Below are positions 25,721 to 34,441 of a DNA stretch of 50,139 bases, piece by piece. The position numbers and the translations under genes were made by a program. The stretch covers positions 1 to 50,139 of the forward strand of contig JAUVYF010000002.1 of assembly GCA_030603215.1 (NCBI GenBank), given 5' to 3'. The stretch's first letter is position 1. Each line of letters opens with the position of its first letter. The stretch is from Candidatus Bipolaricaulota bacterium. GTDB taxonomy: Bacteria; Bipolaricaulota; Bipolaricaulia; UBA7950; UBA9294. Below the pieces are notes generated by a model. It was not told the DNA's origin. It saw only the letters and a list, made by a program, of their open reading frames with translations, and did no database searches.

Positions 25721-27025
25721 ATGACAGCTAAGAGAATAACTGAGGTTCTGCAAAAAGAAGCAGTAGGGATAATGATTAATCCCTATCAGATGATGTTGCA
25801 ACAGCTAGATCTGGCGCGTGTGCATACGAGCATTCCGGATGGTATCTGGAAGATTCTCCGTTCTCCTGAACGCTCTCTGGAAGTGAGCATTCCAATCACA
25901 CGTGACGATGGCGAGATAGAGGTCTTTACTGGATATCGAGTTCAGTACAGCAGTGCACGTGGGCCATGTAAAGGAGGGATTCGTTACCACCCTGGCGTAA
26001 CTCTTGATGAGGTGAAAGCATTAGCTGGTTGGATGACATGGAAATGCGCTGTGGCTAATGTGCCATATGGTGGGGCAAAAGGCGGAGTTGTGTGTGATCC
26101 GACGCGGCTTTCTGAGCGAGAAGTAGAGCGGTTAACTCGTTGCTATACCGCACGTATCCTTCCGATCATTGGACCTAAGCAGGATATTCCTGCTCCGGAT
26201 GTGAATACAAACGCATCTATTATGAACTGGGTTGTGGATACAGCCAGTCAACTACGTGGTGAAGCAGTTCCTGGTATCGTGACGGGAAAATCGATTGAAC
26301 TTGGCGGTGCCTTGGGGCGAACGGAGGCAACCGGGCGCGGAGTGATGTTCATCACAATTGGAGTTCTACAGCAGCTTGATATTGACCTCTCCCATGCAAC
26401 CATTGCGGTGCAGGGTTTTGGTAATGTTGGATCGGTTGCGGCCCGACTGCTCAGCAAGCGGGGTGGTAAGGTTGTAGCGCTAAGTGACATCTCGGGTGGA
26501 TACTACCGCAGCGAGGGCTTTGATATTGACGATGTTCTCCGCTATGTAAAGGGTTCCCCAGGCCACCTGCTTGCCGGTTATGATGCTTCTGCTATGGAGG
26601 AGATCACAAACGAAGAACTGTTCGCTCTTGATGTGGATGTATTGATTCCTGCTGCATTGGAGGCACAAATCACCTCACAGAATGCAGCGCATGTCAGAGC
26701 GAATGTCATTATTGAAGCAGCGAACGGTCCCACAACTCCCGAGGCAGACGTTATCCTGGCAGAGAATGGAACTGTCGTTGTGCCAGATATCCTTGCCAAT
26801 GCTGGCGGTGTTGTCTGCTCCTACTTTGAATGGGTGCAGAATATCCAGTGTCTTCCTTGGGAGGAAGAGGAGACCAATCAGCGTCTTGGGAAAGTTATGC
26901 AGCGTGCTCTAAGGGAGGTATTAACTTTGTCCAAGGAAAGGAATATCTCCTTGCGATTGGCAGCCTTTGTGTTAGGGGTTGAACGTGTTGCGCAAGCGGC
27001 CATACTGCGCGGTGTGTTCCTCTAG
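25721..27025 (+). CDS. gdhA: Glutamate dehydrogenase (Glu/Leu/Phe/Val dehydrogenase family)
   Basis: GYRVQYSSARGPCKGGIRYHP and VPYGGAKGGV carry the catalytic Lys region. GFGNVGS is the dinucleotide-binding motif. SD GGAGG lies 9 nt upstream. Confidence 0.9.
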   Translation: MTAKRITEVLQKEAVGIMINPYQMMLQQLDLARVHTSIPDGIWKILRSPERSLEVSIPITRDDGEIEVFTGYRVQYSSARGPCKGGIRYHPGVTLDEVKALAGWMTWKCAVANVPYGGAKGGVVCDPTRLSEREVERLTRCYTARILPIIGPKQDIPAPDVNTNASIMNWVVDTASQLRGEAVPGIVTGKSIELGGALGRTEATGRGVMFITIGVLQQLDIDLSHATIAVQGFGNVGSVAARLLSKRGGKVVALSDISGGYYRSEGFDIDDVLRYVKGSPGHLLAGYDASAMEEITNEELFALDVDVLIPAALEAQITSQNAAHVRANVIIEAANGPTTPEADVILAENGTVVVPDILANAGGVVCSYFEWVQNIQCLPWEEEETNQRLGKVMQRALREVLTLSKERNISLRLAAFVLGVERVAQAAILRGVFL

Positions 27026-27042
27026 GCCAATGTGAAGAGTGG

Positions 27043-27549
27043 ATGGAAATGAGCCTTGGTACCCCCAGTGGTCTGCTAGCAGCGGAGCTTGAATCAGAGG
27101 AACTGTTGAACTGTGCAATGGCTTTCTGCGCCGATCGCTTACATGTAGATGTAGAGCAAGCTGTGATTGCACTGCGTAACGGTGAAGCGCTTACTCATAG
27201 TACACTTCGATATGGGATCGCAAAGAGTATAGCGGGATATCTTGGAGGATTGGAATGTGGTGTGTGTGGTGTTTATCTCTATGGAAGTGCGATGAATGGA
27301 GATGCACACATCGCTTCAGATATTGATCTTATCGTAATTGTTCATCGCAAACTGGATCAAGCGTATGCGCTGTTACAGAGGCTGGATCTAGCATTGGTGA
27401 CGTCTTATCAAGGATTGCTTGGGCCGATTCATGGTCCGGCAAGGCTCCTCGATGTTCAGTTTGTGGATGTCGAAGAGCAACGGGAACACCGTGGCTGTGG
27501 GGCTATTCTCCGTTCGGTGGAGGCAAGACCCGTTTGTCTATGGTGTTAA
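27043..27549 (+). CDS. Nucleotidyltransferase-domain protein (Pol-beta/MNT-like superfamily)
   Basis: GVYLYGSAMNGDAHIASDIDLIVIV matches the G-S...D-x-D nucleotidyltransferase signature. The gene starts 17 nt after the gdh stop. Confidence 0.55.
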   Translation: MEMSLGTPSGLLAAELESEELLNCAMAFCADRLHVDVEQAVIALRNGEALTHSTLRYGIAKSIAGYLGGLECGVCGVYLYGSAMNGDAHIASDIDLIVIVHRKLDQAYALLQRLDLALVTSYQGLLGPIHGPARLLDVQFVDVEEQREHRGCGAILRSVEARPVCLWC

Positions 27550-27560
27550 CTTCTAAAGTC

Positions 27561-27589
27561 TGGAGGCTCCTGGCCCACAGGAGCCTCCA
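27561..27589. terminator. Strong hairpin between convergent genes (probable bidirectional terminator)
   Basis: TGGAGGCTCCTG-gccca-CAGGAGCCTCCA forms a 12-bp perfect stem. There is no long U-tract on the plus side and a short one on the minus side. Confidence 0.55.
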
Positions 27590-27594
27590 ATCCT

Positions 27595-28575
27595 TCATCG
27601 TGCGTGGATGAAGAACTGTTTCATCTCCTGTGGATGGTAGAGATCAAATTGCACTAAGCTCAATACATCCAGGTGTGTCTGACTCCCTGGATTAACGCAG
27701 CGCGTCTTTCCTAAATCGTCCCTGTAATTACCAATGACAACGGACTCGTGGCAGTGCCCTGAAAGAACAAGATAAGGTTGTGTGCGCTCGATAAAGCGGC
27801 GGATCTCTACGCTTCCCACATGATCAAGGAGACGAAGGTAGTCGTAGCGCCCGCGAGGGGTAGTCCAGTCAAGTAGTGTGTTGTAAGGAGAGGCGTGGAA
27901 GAGATGGATTGTCCGCGCGGGATTGTAGGAGACCTTGCTTTTGGTGCGGGGATCACGTTGCAGATAGGCTTCGAAATCATCGAGGTCGTCCGCGATTGTT
28001 GACGAGTGGGCTCGGGTATCCGTGGCAATCCCCATGTCGTAGATATCCGTGGTGGAATCCATTCCTGATGGCCGTAGCCTGACGCGGTTCTCATACTTAA
28101 CCCAGTCCATCAATAGGGACCCACCAGGAGGAACGTAAGGATATCCTGCCACCCATAGCCGAGGTATCTCACCGGGGAAGAACGATTGCTTTTGATGGGA
28201 ATCGTGTAGTGGAACTAGTTGGTCATTTACTAGGTGGAAATTTGTTACATCTTCATCGAACACCTTCAACAAGGGTTCATTCACTCGGCGGTCATCGTTT
28301 CCCATAATTGTGTAGATGTCAGTATGGCGATGTTCGAGGAGAAAGCTACCGAGAAGAGGGATGAATTGATCGGTGAAGAACTTCTCTTGTACAACCGCTC
28401 CACGTTCGCGGCCAGTGATGTCCTTGACGCTATCTTGTTGAACCTGAAGAGTGCTAGGGGCAAGGTCACCGGTGATAAAGATGGAGGTAAGCTTCCATAG
28501 ACTGGCGACGCGCAACAAGAGCTCGTAGAGGGAGATATTTCCGTGAAGGTCAGTTACGGCAACCGCTTGCATCAT
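27595..28575 (-). CDS. Metallophosphoesterase (calcineurin-like)
   Basis: Motifs appear in the canonical order: VTDLHGN, ITGDL, GNDD and GHCHE. Confidence 0.7.
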   Translation of the reverse strand: MMQAVAVTDLHGNISLYELLLRVASLWKLTSIFITGDLAPSTLQVQQDSVKDITGRERGAVVQEKFFTDQFIPLLGSFLLEHRHTDIYTIMGNDDRRVNEPLLKVFDEDVTNFHLVNDQLVPLHDSHQKQSFFPGEIPRLWVAGYPYVPPGGSLLMDWVKYENRVRLRPSGMDSTTDIYDMGIATDTRAHSSTIADDLDDFEAYLQRDPRTKSKVSYNPARTIHLFHASPYNTLLDWTTPRGRYDYLRLLDHVGSVEIRRFIERTQPYLVLSGHCHESVVIGNYRDDLGKTRCVNPGSQTHLDVLSLVQFDLYHPQEMKQFFIHAR

Positions 28576-28696
28576 TGCTCTCCCAGAATAGCTTCTTGTT
28601 TACAGATGTCAAGCTGGTAAGAGGTGCGCGAACCCAAAGTACTTGAGTTTCGATGATGCTAGTTAATGATCGTCGCGCTAACGACTATCTCAAAGA

Positions 28697-31600
28697 CTAT
28701 ATCCCTACTTCGGACAACTTCTGTTCGATTGCGAGCGCCAAGGAGCTTACCGTACCCGCAAAGATTGAACCACTGCTTTCATTTGCGGAATGAGAAAGCA
28801 AGAGAGAGTTTGTGTCCTTTGTTACCGTCTGGAGCTCGCCGTAGCGCCAGCCTAGGCCGAGCACAGAACCAAGTTCAACAATGATCTCCCAGTTTTCTTT
28901 ATGAATGGGACTGCTAAGATCAGATGATAACGCCCTAGTTCTGTTGTCAGTATCGATCAGATGTCCCTGGCATTCAATCGGAAGAGACATTGGCAAGACA
29001 ATATCAGCGTAATTCGTTGTTTCGTTCCGCATGTGGGTCATTACCACAACAAGGTTAGCCTGTTCCAATTTGCTGGCATAGATGGGGTCTTTGCCGGGGT
29101 TGGCGCCAAACACAAAACATGTGGAAAACTGATCAGATGAGGACTTGTTCCCTGCCCGGAACCCAAGCCGCATAAGACCACTTACATTTGCCAGCCCACG
29201 AAGCAGCACGATTTTGTAGGATGGTTTGTCCCTGACAAGCTTAATGATTGTGCGCGCAGTCTCTTGGCTGATCATTCGTTCCTCAATTACAAGCAAGGGG
29301 TGTTTGGCGAGGGCAATGTGTTCGCGAAGCGATGTAAGCCCATCGCCTGTTTTGTTCTCTGCCGGCTCAATAAGCTGTTCAATGATTGATCTTGGGTCTC
29401 TATCATCGATTACGATGTCGGCATCGCCCAGTCTCCCCTGAAGGCTAACTACAGTTGCCCCGGCCCTCTGAGCTGCACGGACCTTCATATCGAGAGCAAA
29501 CCCTTCGTATCGAGATCTAGGGCCAAGAACGAAAATCAGATCAGCTATGGCGATAGCGTCAGTAGAAGTGATAGCACGTGCCGGTACCCTGACTCCCTTG
29601 TCACTAAGCTCTCCAATTGTGAGAAGATGCGTGTCCAACCCCTCGTGCGCGAGCCGAGCGATAAGATAGGCTTCTTCGTTCGTCAAATATCCCGCGCCAA
29701 TTACGGTCGTCGCTGACCCTTCATTGGTGAGCGATTCTTTGATATGATTGAACGCTTCATCCCATGATACCTTGATAAGGCCTTCCTTTGTCCGAATGAG
29801 AGGGTGAGTTATTCGCGGTTCTGAGACCAGTTTATGCCAACCATAGCGCCCCTTGGCACAAAGGATGATCCCCCGTTCTGCGATGGGGAGTGTTCTCATG
29901 TAGTTGCCGTTTAGGTTCCCCACTTTGATTTCACAGCCAAGGCTACACAGGCAGCACGTTGAATTTGTCTCTCTGAATTGAATCGGTAACTGTTTCTCAA
30001 GTGCTGTTCTGTCCTCCAATGTTCCAGTGGGACACGCATCAACGCATGCACCACAGGAGACGCAGCTGGATTCCTGCCAGGGATGATCAAATGGAGCTTG
30101 TATCTCGGCGGTGATCCCCCGCCCAACGAAGTCGATGGCGTGAATACCACAAATATCACCGCAGATACGCACACATCGTCCACAGGCGATGCATTTACCG
30201 GGGTCACGGATGATGAATGGATGCCGGTTATCCGGAAGTTTACGAGATAGCTCTCCCTTGTAGGTGTCTTGTGACGCATGAGCCATCGTTGCATAGTCCC
30301 GCAACAGGCAGTGGTCAACAGCCAGACATCCACAGCCCAAGCACCGCTTCCCTTCTTCCTTGACCTGTTCATCAGTGAAGTTTGTTTCGTACTCGCTGAA
30401 ATCGTGGATGCGCTCTGCCGGGGGGCGTACGCATGTGGTTATCCGTGAATCTCGGAGCACGTCTCCGAGATCCGCCTCCGTTACATTGAGCTTTTCGTTG
30501 GTATAGATAAGCGATGGAGTGGTATTTTCTTTCAGCAGGTAATGCTCAATTGCGTCAGCTGCTTGGTGTGCAGCAGCTACTGCTTTGACAGCAAATTCGG
30601 GACCCGTAACTACATCACCACCTGCAAATACCTTCTCATGAGAGGTTTGTCCGGTTTCCTCGTTGACTATGATCCGACCGCGTCGATCGGTGTCTACTGG
30701 CGACTGGACAAGACAGCCTGTATCTACTAACTGCCCTACAGCGAGGATCACTGCTTTGACAGGCACGACAAATTCGGAGTCATCAATCTGAATCGGCCTG
30801 GCACGTCCCTGAGCGTCAGGGGCGCCGAGCTTCATCTTGACGCACTTCACTCCGGAGAGGAAATTACCATTACCGATGAACTCAACTGGCTGAGTGAGAA
30901 ACTGAAACACGGCTCCTTCTTCTTCAACTTCAACAATCTCCCTTGAAAGAGCTGGCATTTGCTCGCGGCTCCTCCGATAGAGAACTGTTACTTGCGTCCC
31001 AACACGAAGCGCCGACCGCGCCGCATCCATAGCTGTGTTTCCGCCTCCAATTACAGCAATGTGATCGGGCAAAGGCATTTTCCTTCCCTCATTTACCATT
31101 CGCAGGAAGTCAATCCCCTGAAAGATAGCCGGGTGATCCTTGCCTGGGATAGCGAGGCTGCGTGCTCCCCATGCCCCAAGGCCGAGAAATAGGGCATCGA
31201 AGTCCCGCTCCAGGTCAGCCAGTGAAACTTCTTTCCCTAGGCGCACGTCATTGCGAAGCTCGATTCCCATCTTCTCTAGGACTGTAATCTCGCGGTCGAG
31301 TACTTCTTGGGGGAGGCGAAAGTCAGGTATGCCGTAGCGGAGCATCCCTCCCATCTTGGGCATGGCATCAAACACTACGGCAGCATGTCCATTCCGCCTG
31401 AGGAAGTAGGCAGCAGACAGCCCTGCCGGCCCGCCGCCCACGATGGCAATACGGTACCCCGTATCCTTGCCAACCTTGGGGACGTAGTCAAATTCCTTGT
31501 CCCCTAAGAATCGCTTGATATGGCGGATCTGTAAAGGATCATCGGCTATTTGACGACGGCAAGCATCCTCGCACGGAGCAGGACAAATTCTGCCAAAGGA

Positions 31601-32014
31601 TGCAGGAAAAGGAAGTTTTTCATAGAGTAATTGAAGGGCTTCAAGAAACAGTCCATTTCCTGCTAGACTTACATAGCCTTGGCAGTCAGTGTGTGCTGGG
31701 CAGGCGAGCTGGCATGGGGCAATGCAATCTCCCCAATGGTTACTTAGGAGCAGTTCTAATGCCGTTCGTCTGACTTCGCCCGCTGCCCTGCTATTGGTAT
31801 GGATAACCATACCATCCTTGATTGTGGTGGAGCAAGAGTTGACAACTCCCATTTCTTCTACTTCAACGACACAAATTCCACAGGAGTCAGATGGCTCAAG
31901 CCGCTCTTCAGCGCATAAGGCAGGGATATCAATCCGGATACGACGGGCTAACTCAAGGATTGTCTCATCCTTGAGCCCGCACACATTCCTTTCATCTATC
32001 GTAACTGAGAGCAT
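28697..32014 (-). CDS. Large Fe-S flavoprotein subunit with four modules: NuoG-type 2Fe-2S, GltD/NfnB-like NAD(P)H-FAD, 2x[4Fe-4S], and a short molybdopterin-oxidoreductase-like domain (StnC/BfuA-like)
   Basis: C34/C45/C48/C61 form a 2Fe-2S pattern. Cys-rich GltD N-terminal motifs are present, with IAIVGGGPAGLSAA and IAVIGGGNTAMDAA. The ferredoxin motifs are CIACGRCVRIC and CVSCGACVDACP. CCLCSLGC is a MopB-type 4Fe-4S motif and is followed by only about 400 aa. Confidence 0.7.
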   Translation of the reverse strand: MLSVTIDERNVCGLKDETILELARRIRIDIPALCAEERLEPSDSCGICVVEVEEMGVVNSCSTTIKDGMVIHTNSRAAGEVRRTALELLLSNHWGDCIAPCQLACPAHTDCQGYVSLAGNGLFLEALQLLYEKLPFPASFGRICPAPCEDACRRQIADDPLQIRHIKRFLGDKEFDYVPKVGKDTGYRIAIVGGGPAGLSAAYFLRRNGHAAVVFDAMPKMGGMLRYGIPDFRLPQEVLDREITVLEKMGIELRNDVRLGKEVSLADLERDFDALFLGLGAWGARSLAIPGKDHPAIFQGIDFLRMVNEGRKMPLPDHIAVIGGGNTAMDAARSALRVGTQVTVLYRRSREQMPALSREIVEVEEEGAVFQFLTQPVEFIGNGNFLSGVKCVKMKLGAPDAQGRARPIQIDDSEFVVPVKAVILAVGQLVDTGCLVQSPVDTDRRGRIIVNEETGQTSHEKVFAGGDVVTGPEFAVKAVAAAHQAADAIEHYLLKENTTPSLIYTNEKLNVTEADLGDVLRDSRITTCVRPPAERIHDFSEYETNFTDEQVKEEGKRCLGCGCLAVDHCLLRDYATMAHASQDTYKGELSRKLPDNRHPFIIRDPGKCIACGRCVRICGDICGIHAIDFVGRGITAEIQAPFDHPWQESSCVSCGACVDACPTGTLEDRTALEKQLPIQFRETNSTCCLCSLGCEIKVGNLNGNYMRTLPIAERGIILCAKGRYGWHKLVSEPRITHPLIRTKEGLIKVSWDEAFNHIKESLTNEGSATTVIGAGYLTNEEAYLIARLAHEGLDTHLLTIGELSDKGVRVPARAITSTDAIAIADLIFVLGPRSRYEGFALDMKVRAAQRAGATVVSLQGRLGDADIVIDDRDPRSIIEQLIEPAENKTGDGLTSLREHIALAKHPLLVIEERMISQETARTIIKLVRDKPSYKIVLLRGLANVSGLMRLGFRAGNKSSSDQFSTCFVFGANPGKDPIYASKLEQANLVVVMTHMRNETTNYADIVLPMSLPIECQGHLIDTDNRTRALSSDLSSPIHKENWEIIVELGSVLGLGWRYGELQTVTKDTNSLLLSHSANESSGSIFAGTVSSLALAIEQKLSEVGI

Positions 32015-32026
32015 ATGATTCCCTTG

Positions 32027-33784
32027 TTATTGAATGGCGATTGCTCCAAATGGGCACACTTCATAGCACTGGCCACACTTAATACAAATGGATTGATCAA
32101 TTTCTTGGTGATCTCCTTTTCCTTGAGAAATAGCCTGTACTGGGCATTGCTTTGTACATAGCCTGCAATTCTTGCATGCAGATGGATCGATCTCATAGTG
32201 GATCAACGCCCGGCACACGTGTGCCGGGCACGATTTGTCGATGATGTGAGCGTCATACTCATTGCGAAAGTACTTCACAGTGGTGAGTACGGGGTTCGGA
32301 GCGGTCTGGCCAAGTCCGCATAACGAGTAGACCCTGACTTTGTTAGCCAACTCTATGAGGTTGTCAACATCCTCGGGTACTCCTTCTCCGTCGCAGATGC
32401 GAGTCAGGGTTTCCAGCATTCGTTTTGTTCCTATGCGGCAAAAGGTGCACTTCCCACAAGATTCTTTCTGCGTGAAGTCGAGGAAAAATCGAGTAACATC
32501 TACCATACACGTGTCTTCATCAAGCACGATTAGGCCGCCAGAACCCATGATTGCACCAGTTTGTGTAATTGATTTGTAGTCTACTGGGACATCGGCAAGT
32601 CTTGCTGGTATGCAGCCACCCGATGGTCCACCAATTTGCACGGCCTTGAATTCTTTGTTCTCTCGGAGTCCTCCTCCAATATCAAACACAATCTTGTTGA
32701 TGGACATTCCCATTGGAACTTCGATCAAACCGCTATGGTTGATCTTACCCGCAAGAGCGAAGACCTTTGTCCCTCTACTGTCTTCGGTCCCATAGTGTGC
32801 GAATTCCTTTGCTCCGTGGCGAATAATCCAGGGGATGTTAGCCAGGGTTTCCACGTTGTTTATATTGGTTGGCTTTCCCCACAGTCCAGAAACAGCCGGA
32901 TAAGGAGGCCGTCGTCGAGGCGTTCCTCTCTTTCCCTCGATGGAGGCGATCAGTGCGGTTTCTTCTCCACATACAAAAGCCCCTGCACCTGTTTTTATCT
33001 TGATTTCAAATGAAAAAGCGCTTCCGAGGATGTTCTCTCCCAAAAAGCCAGCCCGGCCAGCTGCAGCAATTGCCTTGTTCAATCTCTTGATCGCCATGGG
33101 ATATTCAGCACGCACGTAGATATATCCGTGTGGAGCGCCAATTGCATAGGCAGCAATGATCATTCCCTCAATCACGCGATGCGGATCACCTTCAAGAATA
33201 CTGCGATCCATGAATGCGCCAGGGTCTCCTTCGTCGGCATTACAGACAAGGAACTTCTCTGGTCCAGGCTCGCGAGCAGCGAAATCCCACTTGACACCGG
33301 TAGGGAATCCCGCTCCACCGCGGCCGCGCAGGCCGGATAATTTGATCTCTTCAATTACTTCGACTGGCGTCACCTCTGAGAGGACTCTTTGAAGTGCCTT
33401 ATAGCCATCGTGACCTTGATACTCCTCTAGCACTTCGGGGTCAATCAATCCACAGTTTTCCAGAACGATGCGAACTTGGTGTTCGAAGAAACCATCAGCC
33501 GGAATAAGTAACTCATTCACCGGTCGACCGTTAAGTACGTGTTCGGTCACGATACGCCCAACATCTTCTGGGCACACGTGTCCATAGGTAAAGCGGTTCT
33601 CATCTGCTGTTACGACATCTACCAACGGTTCGTTATAACACATTCCGATGCATCCAACCCGCTTCATAGTCACCGGTAGGTTGTGTTTTGCCAATGATGA
33701 CTCAAATGTAGAGTAGACTAACTCTGCCCCTGCAGCGACTCCGCATGTTGCAACACCTACCCACACTTCGGTCACACGGCTCAT
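32027..33784 (-). CDS. NuoF/HydB-like NAD(H)-FMN Fe-S subunit
   Basis: The N-terminus is a thioredoxin-like 2Fe-2S domain (ATCG...GCIGMC). GLRGRGGAGFPTGVKW and NADEGDPGAFMDR are present, and ESCGKCTFCR is the N3 cluster motif. The C-terminus has 2x CxxCxxCxxxCP. Confidence 0.85.
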   Translation of the reverse strand: MSRVTEVWVGVATCGVAAGAELVYSTFESSLAKHNLPVTMKRVGCIGMCYNEPLVDVVTADENRFTYGHVCPEDVGRIVTEHVLNGRPVNELLIPADGFFEHQVRIVLENCGLIDPEVLEEYQGHDGYKALQRVLSEVTPVEVIEEIKLSGLRGRGGAGFPTGVKWDFAAREPGPEKFLVCNADEGDPGAFMDRSILEGDPHRVIEGMIIAAYAIGAPHGYIYVRAEYPMAIKRLNKAIAAAGRAGFLGENILGSAFSFEIKIKTGAGAFVCGEETALIASIEGKRGTPRRRPPYPAVSGLWGKPTNINNVETLANIPWIIRHGAKEFAHYGTEDSRGTKVFALAGKINHSGLIEVPMGMSINKIVFDIGGGLRENKEFKAVQIGGPSGGCIPARLADVPVDYKSITQTGAIMGSGGLIVLDEDTCMVDVTRFFLDFTQKESCGKCTFCRIGTKRMLETLTRICDGEGVPEDVDNLIELANKVRVYSLCGLGQTAPNPVLTTVKYFRNEYDAHIIDKSCPAHVCRALIHYEIDPSACKNCRLCTKQCPVQAISQGKGDHQEIDQSICIKCGQCYEVCPFGAIAIQ

Positions 33785-34275
33785 TCTTCCTCCCTATTGC
33801 GGTAGGCACCAATAATTGTGTCAACTTTTCCTCTAGTCAACCGACCGTATATTTTATCGCCAATCATCATTGCCGGAGCCAGACTGCAACAGCCAAGACA
33901 ACGGACACTTTCCAGGGTAAACAGACCGTCGCCTGTTGTCTCATCCACTTTGACCCCTAGCTGCTCCTCAAGATGTTCACAGATGGAATTTGCTCCGAGC
34001 ACGTGACAAGCTGTTCCCTGACAAATGCGTATCGAGTATCTCCCGGGGCGAGTAAGACGAAACTGCGAATAAAAGGTAGCAACGCTGTATACCGTACTTT
34101 CGGGAGTGTGAGCATACGTAGCTACACGTGTCAAGTTCGCTTCCGAGATGTACCCATAGTGGGCTTGAATCTCCTGCAACAGAGGGATAACACTTGCAGG
34201 AAAGGGAGCAAAGAGATGCAGTAATTCGTCTACTTCATTGGACATGCCAGTTATTGAAGAATTAGAGTGCGGCAT
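33781..34275 (-). CDS. NuoE/HydC-like thioredoxin-fold 2Fe-2S subunit
   Basis: CQGTACHVLG...CLGCCSLAP motifs are present. A 4-nt ATGA overlap with the NuoF-like gene indicates translational coupling. Confidence 0.8.
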   Translation of the reverse strand: MPHSNSSITGMSNEVDELLHLFAPFPASVIPLLQEIQAHYGYISEANLTRVATYAHTPESTVYSVATFYSQFRLTRPGRYSIRICQGTACHVLGANSICEHLEEQLGVKVDETTGDGLFTLESVRCLGCCSLAPAMMIGDKIYGRLTRGKVDTIIGAYRNREEE

Positions 34276-34287
34276 AAAAAACCTTTC

Positions 34288-34309
34288 AGATACTAATTCT
34301 AGAGTATCT
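34288..34309. promoter_or_regulatory. Inverted repeat AGATACT-N8-AGTATCT immediately upstream of the NuoE-like gene's RBS
   Basis: Perfect 7-nt arms read directly from the sequence. It lies in the 5' leader, 13 nt from the start codon at 34275. Confidence 0.3.
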
Positions 34310-34348
34310 CATCTTCTTGTAGGATATATCTTAGGCTTTCCTTCTTTT

Positions 34349-34363
34349 CTTGTCTGTCACAAG
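34349..34363. promoter_or_regulatory. Palindrome CTTGT-N5-ACAAG (minus strand CTTGTGACAGACAAG), candidate operator
   Basis: A 5+5 inverted repeat that contains a TTGTGA half-site. It lies at the predicted transcription start of the candidate promoter at 34370-34397. Confidence 0.2.
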
Positions 34364-34369
34364 TATGCA

Positions 34370-34397
34370 ATTATCCATATTAGTATCTTGAACGCAA
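34370..34397 (-). promoter_or_regulatory. Candidate sigma70 promoter of the NuoE/NuoF/fusion operon (TTGCGT-16-GATAAT)
   Basis: The minus strand reads TTGCGT (34397-34392), a 16-nt spacer, then GATAAT (34375-34370). Confidence 0.3.
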
Positions 34398-34441
34398 CCC
34401 TGAAATTGTAGAGCTGCAAACGTATAATGAGCGGAGAGGAA

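Noticed and set aside
27043-28575. Nucleotidyltransferase plus metallophosphoesterase as a two-gene defence/TA-like module
   Set aside because: The genes are convergent and separated by a strong terminator hairpin, so they are not an operon. No HEPN, sensor or effector partner is present.
23412-34397. A common TTGT...ACAA operator shared by the acd, gdh and bfu-like promoters
   Set aside because: The three candidate sites have different spacings (N7, N8 and N5 between the TTGT and ACAA cores). The 4-mers are too common, so no consistent motif can be claimed.
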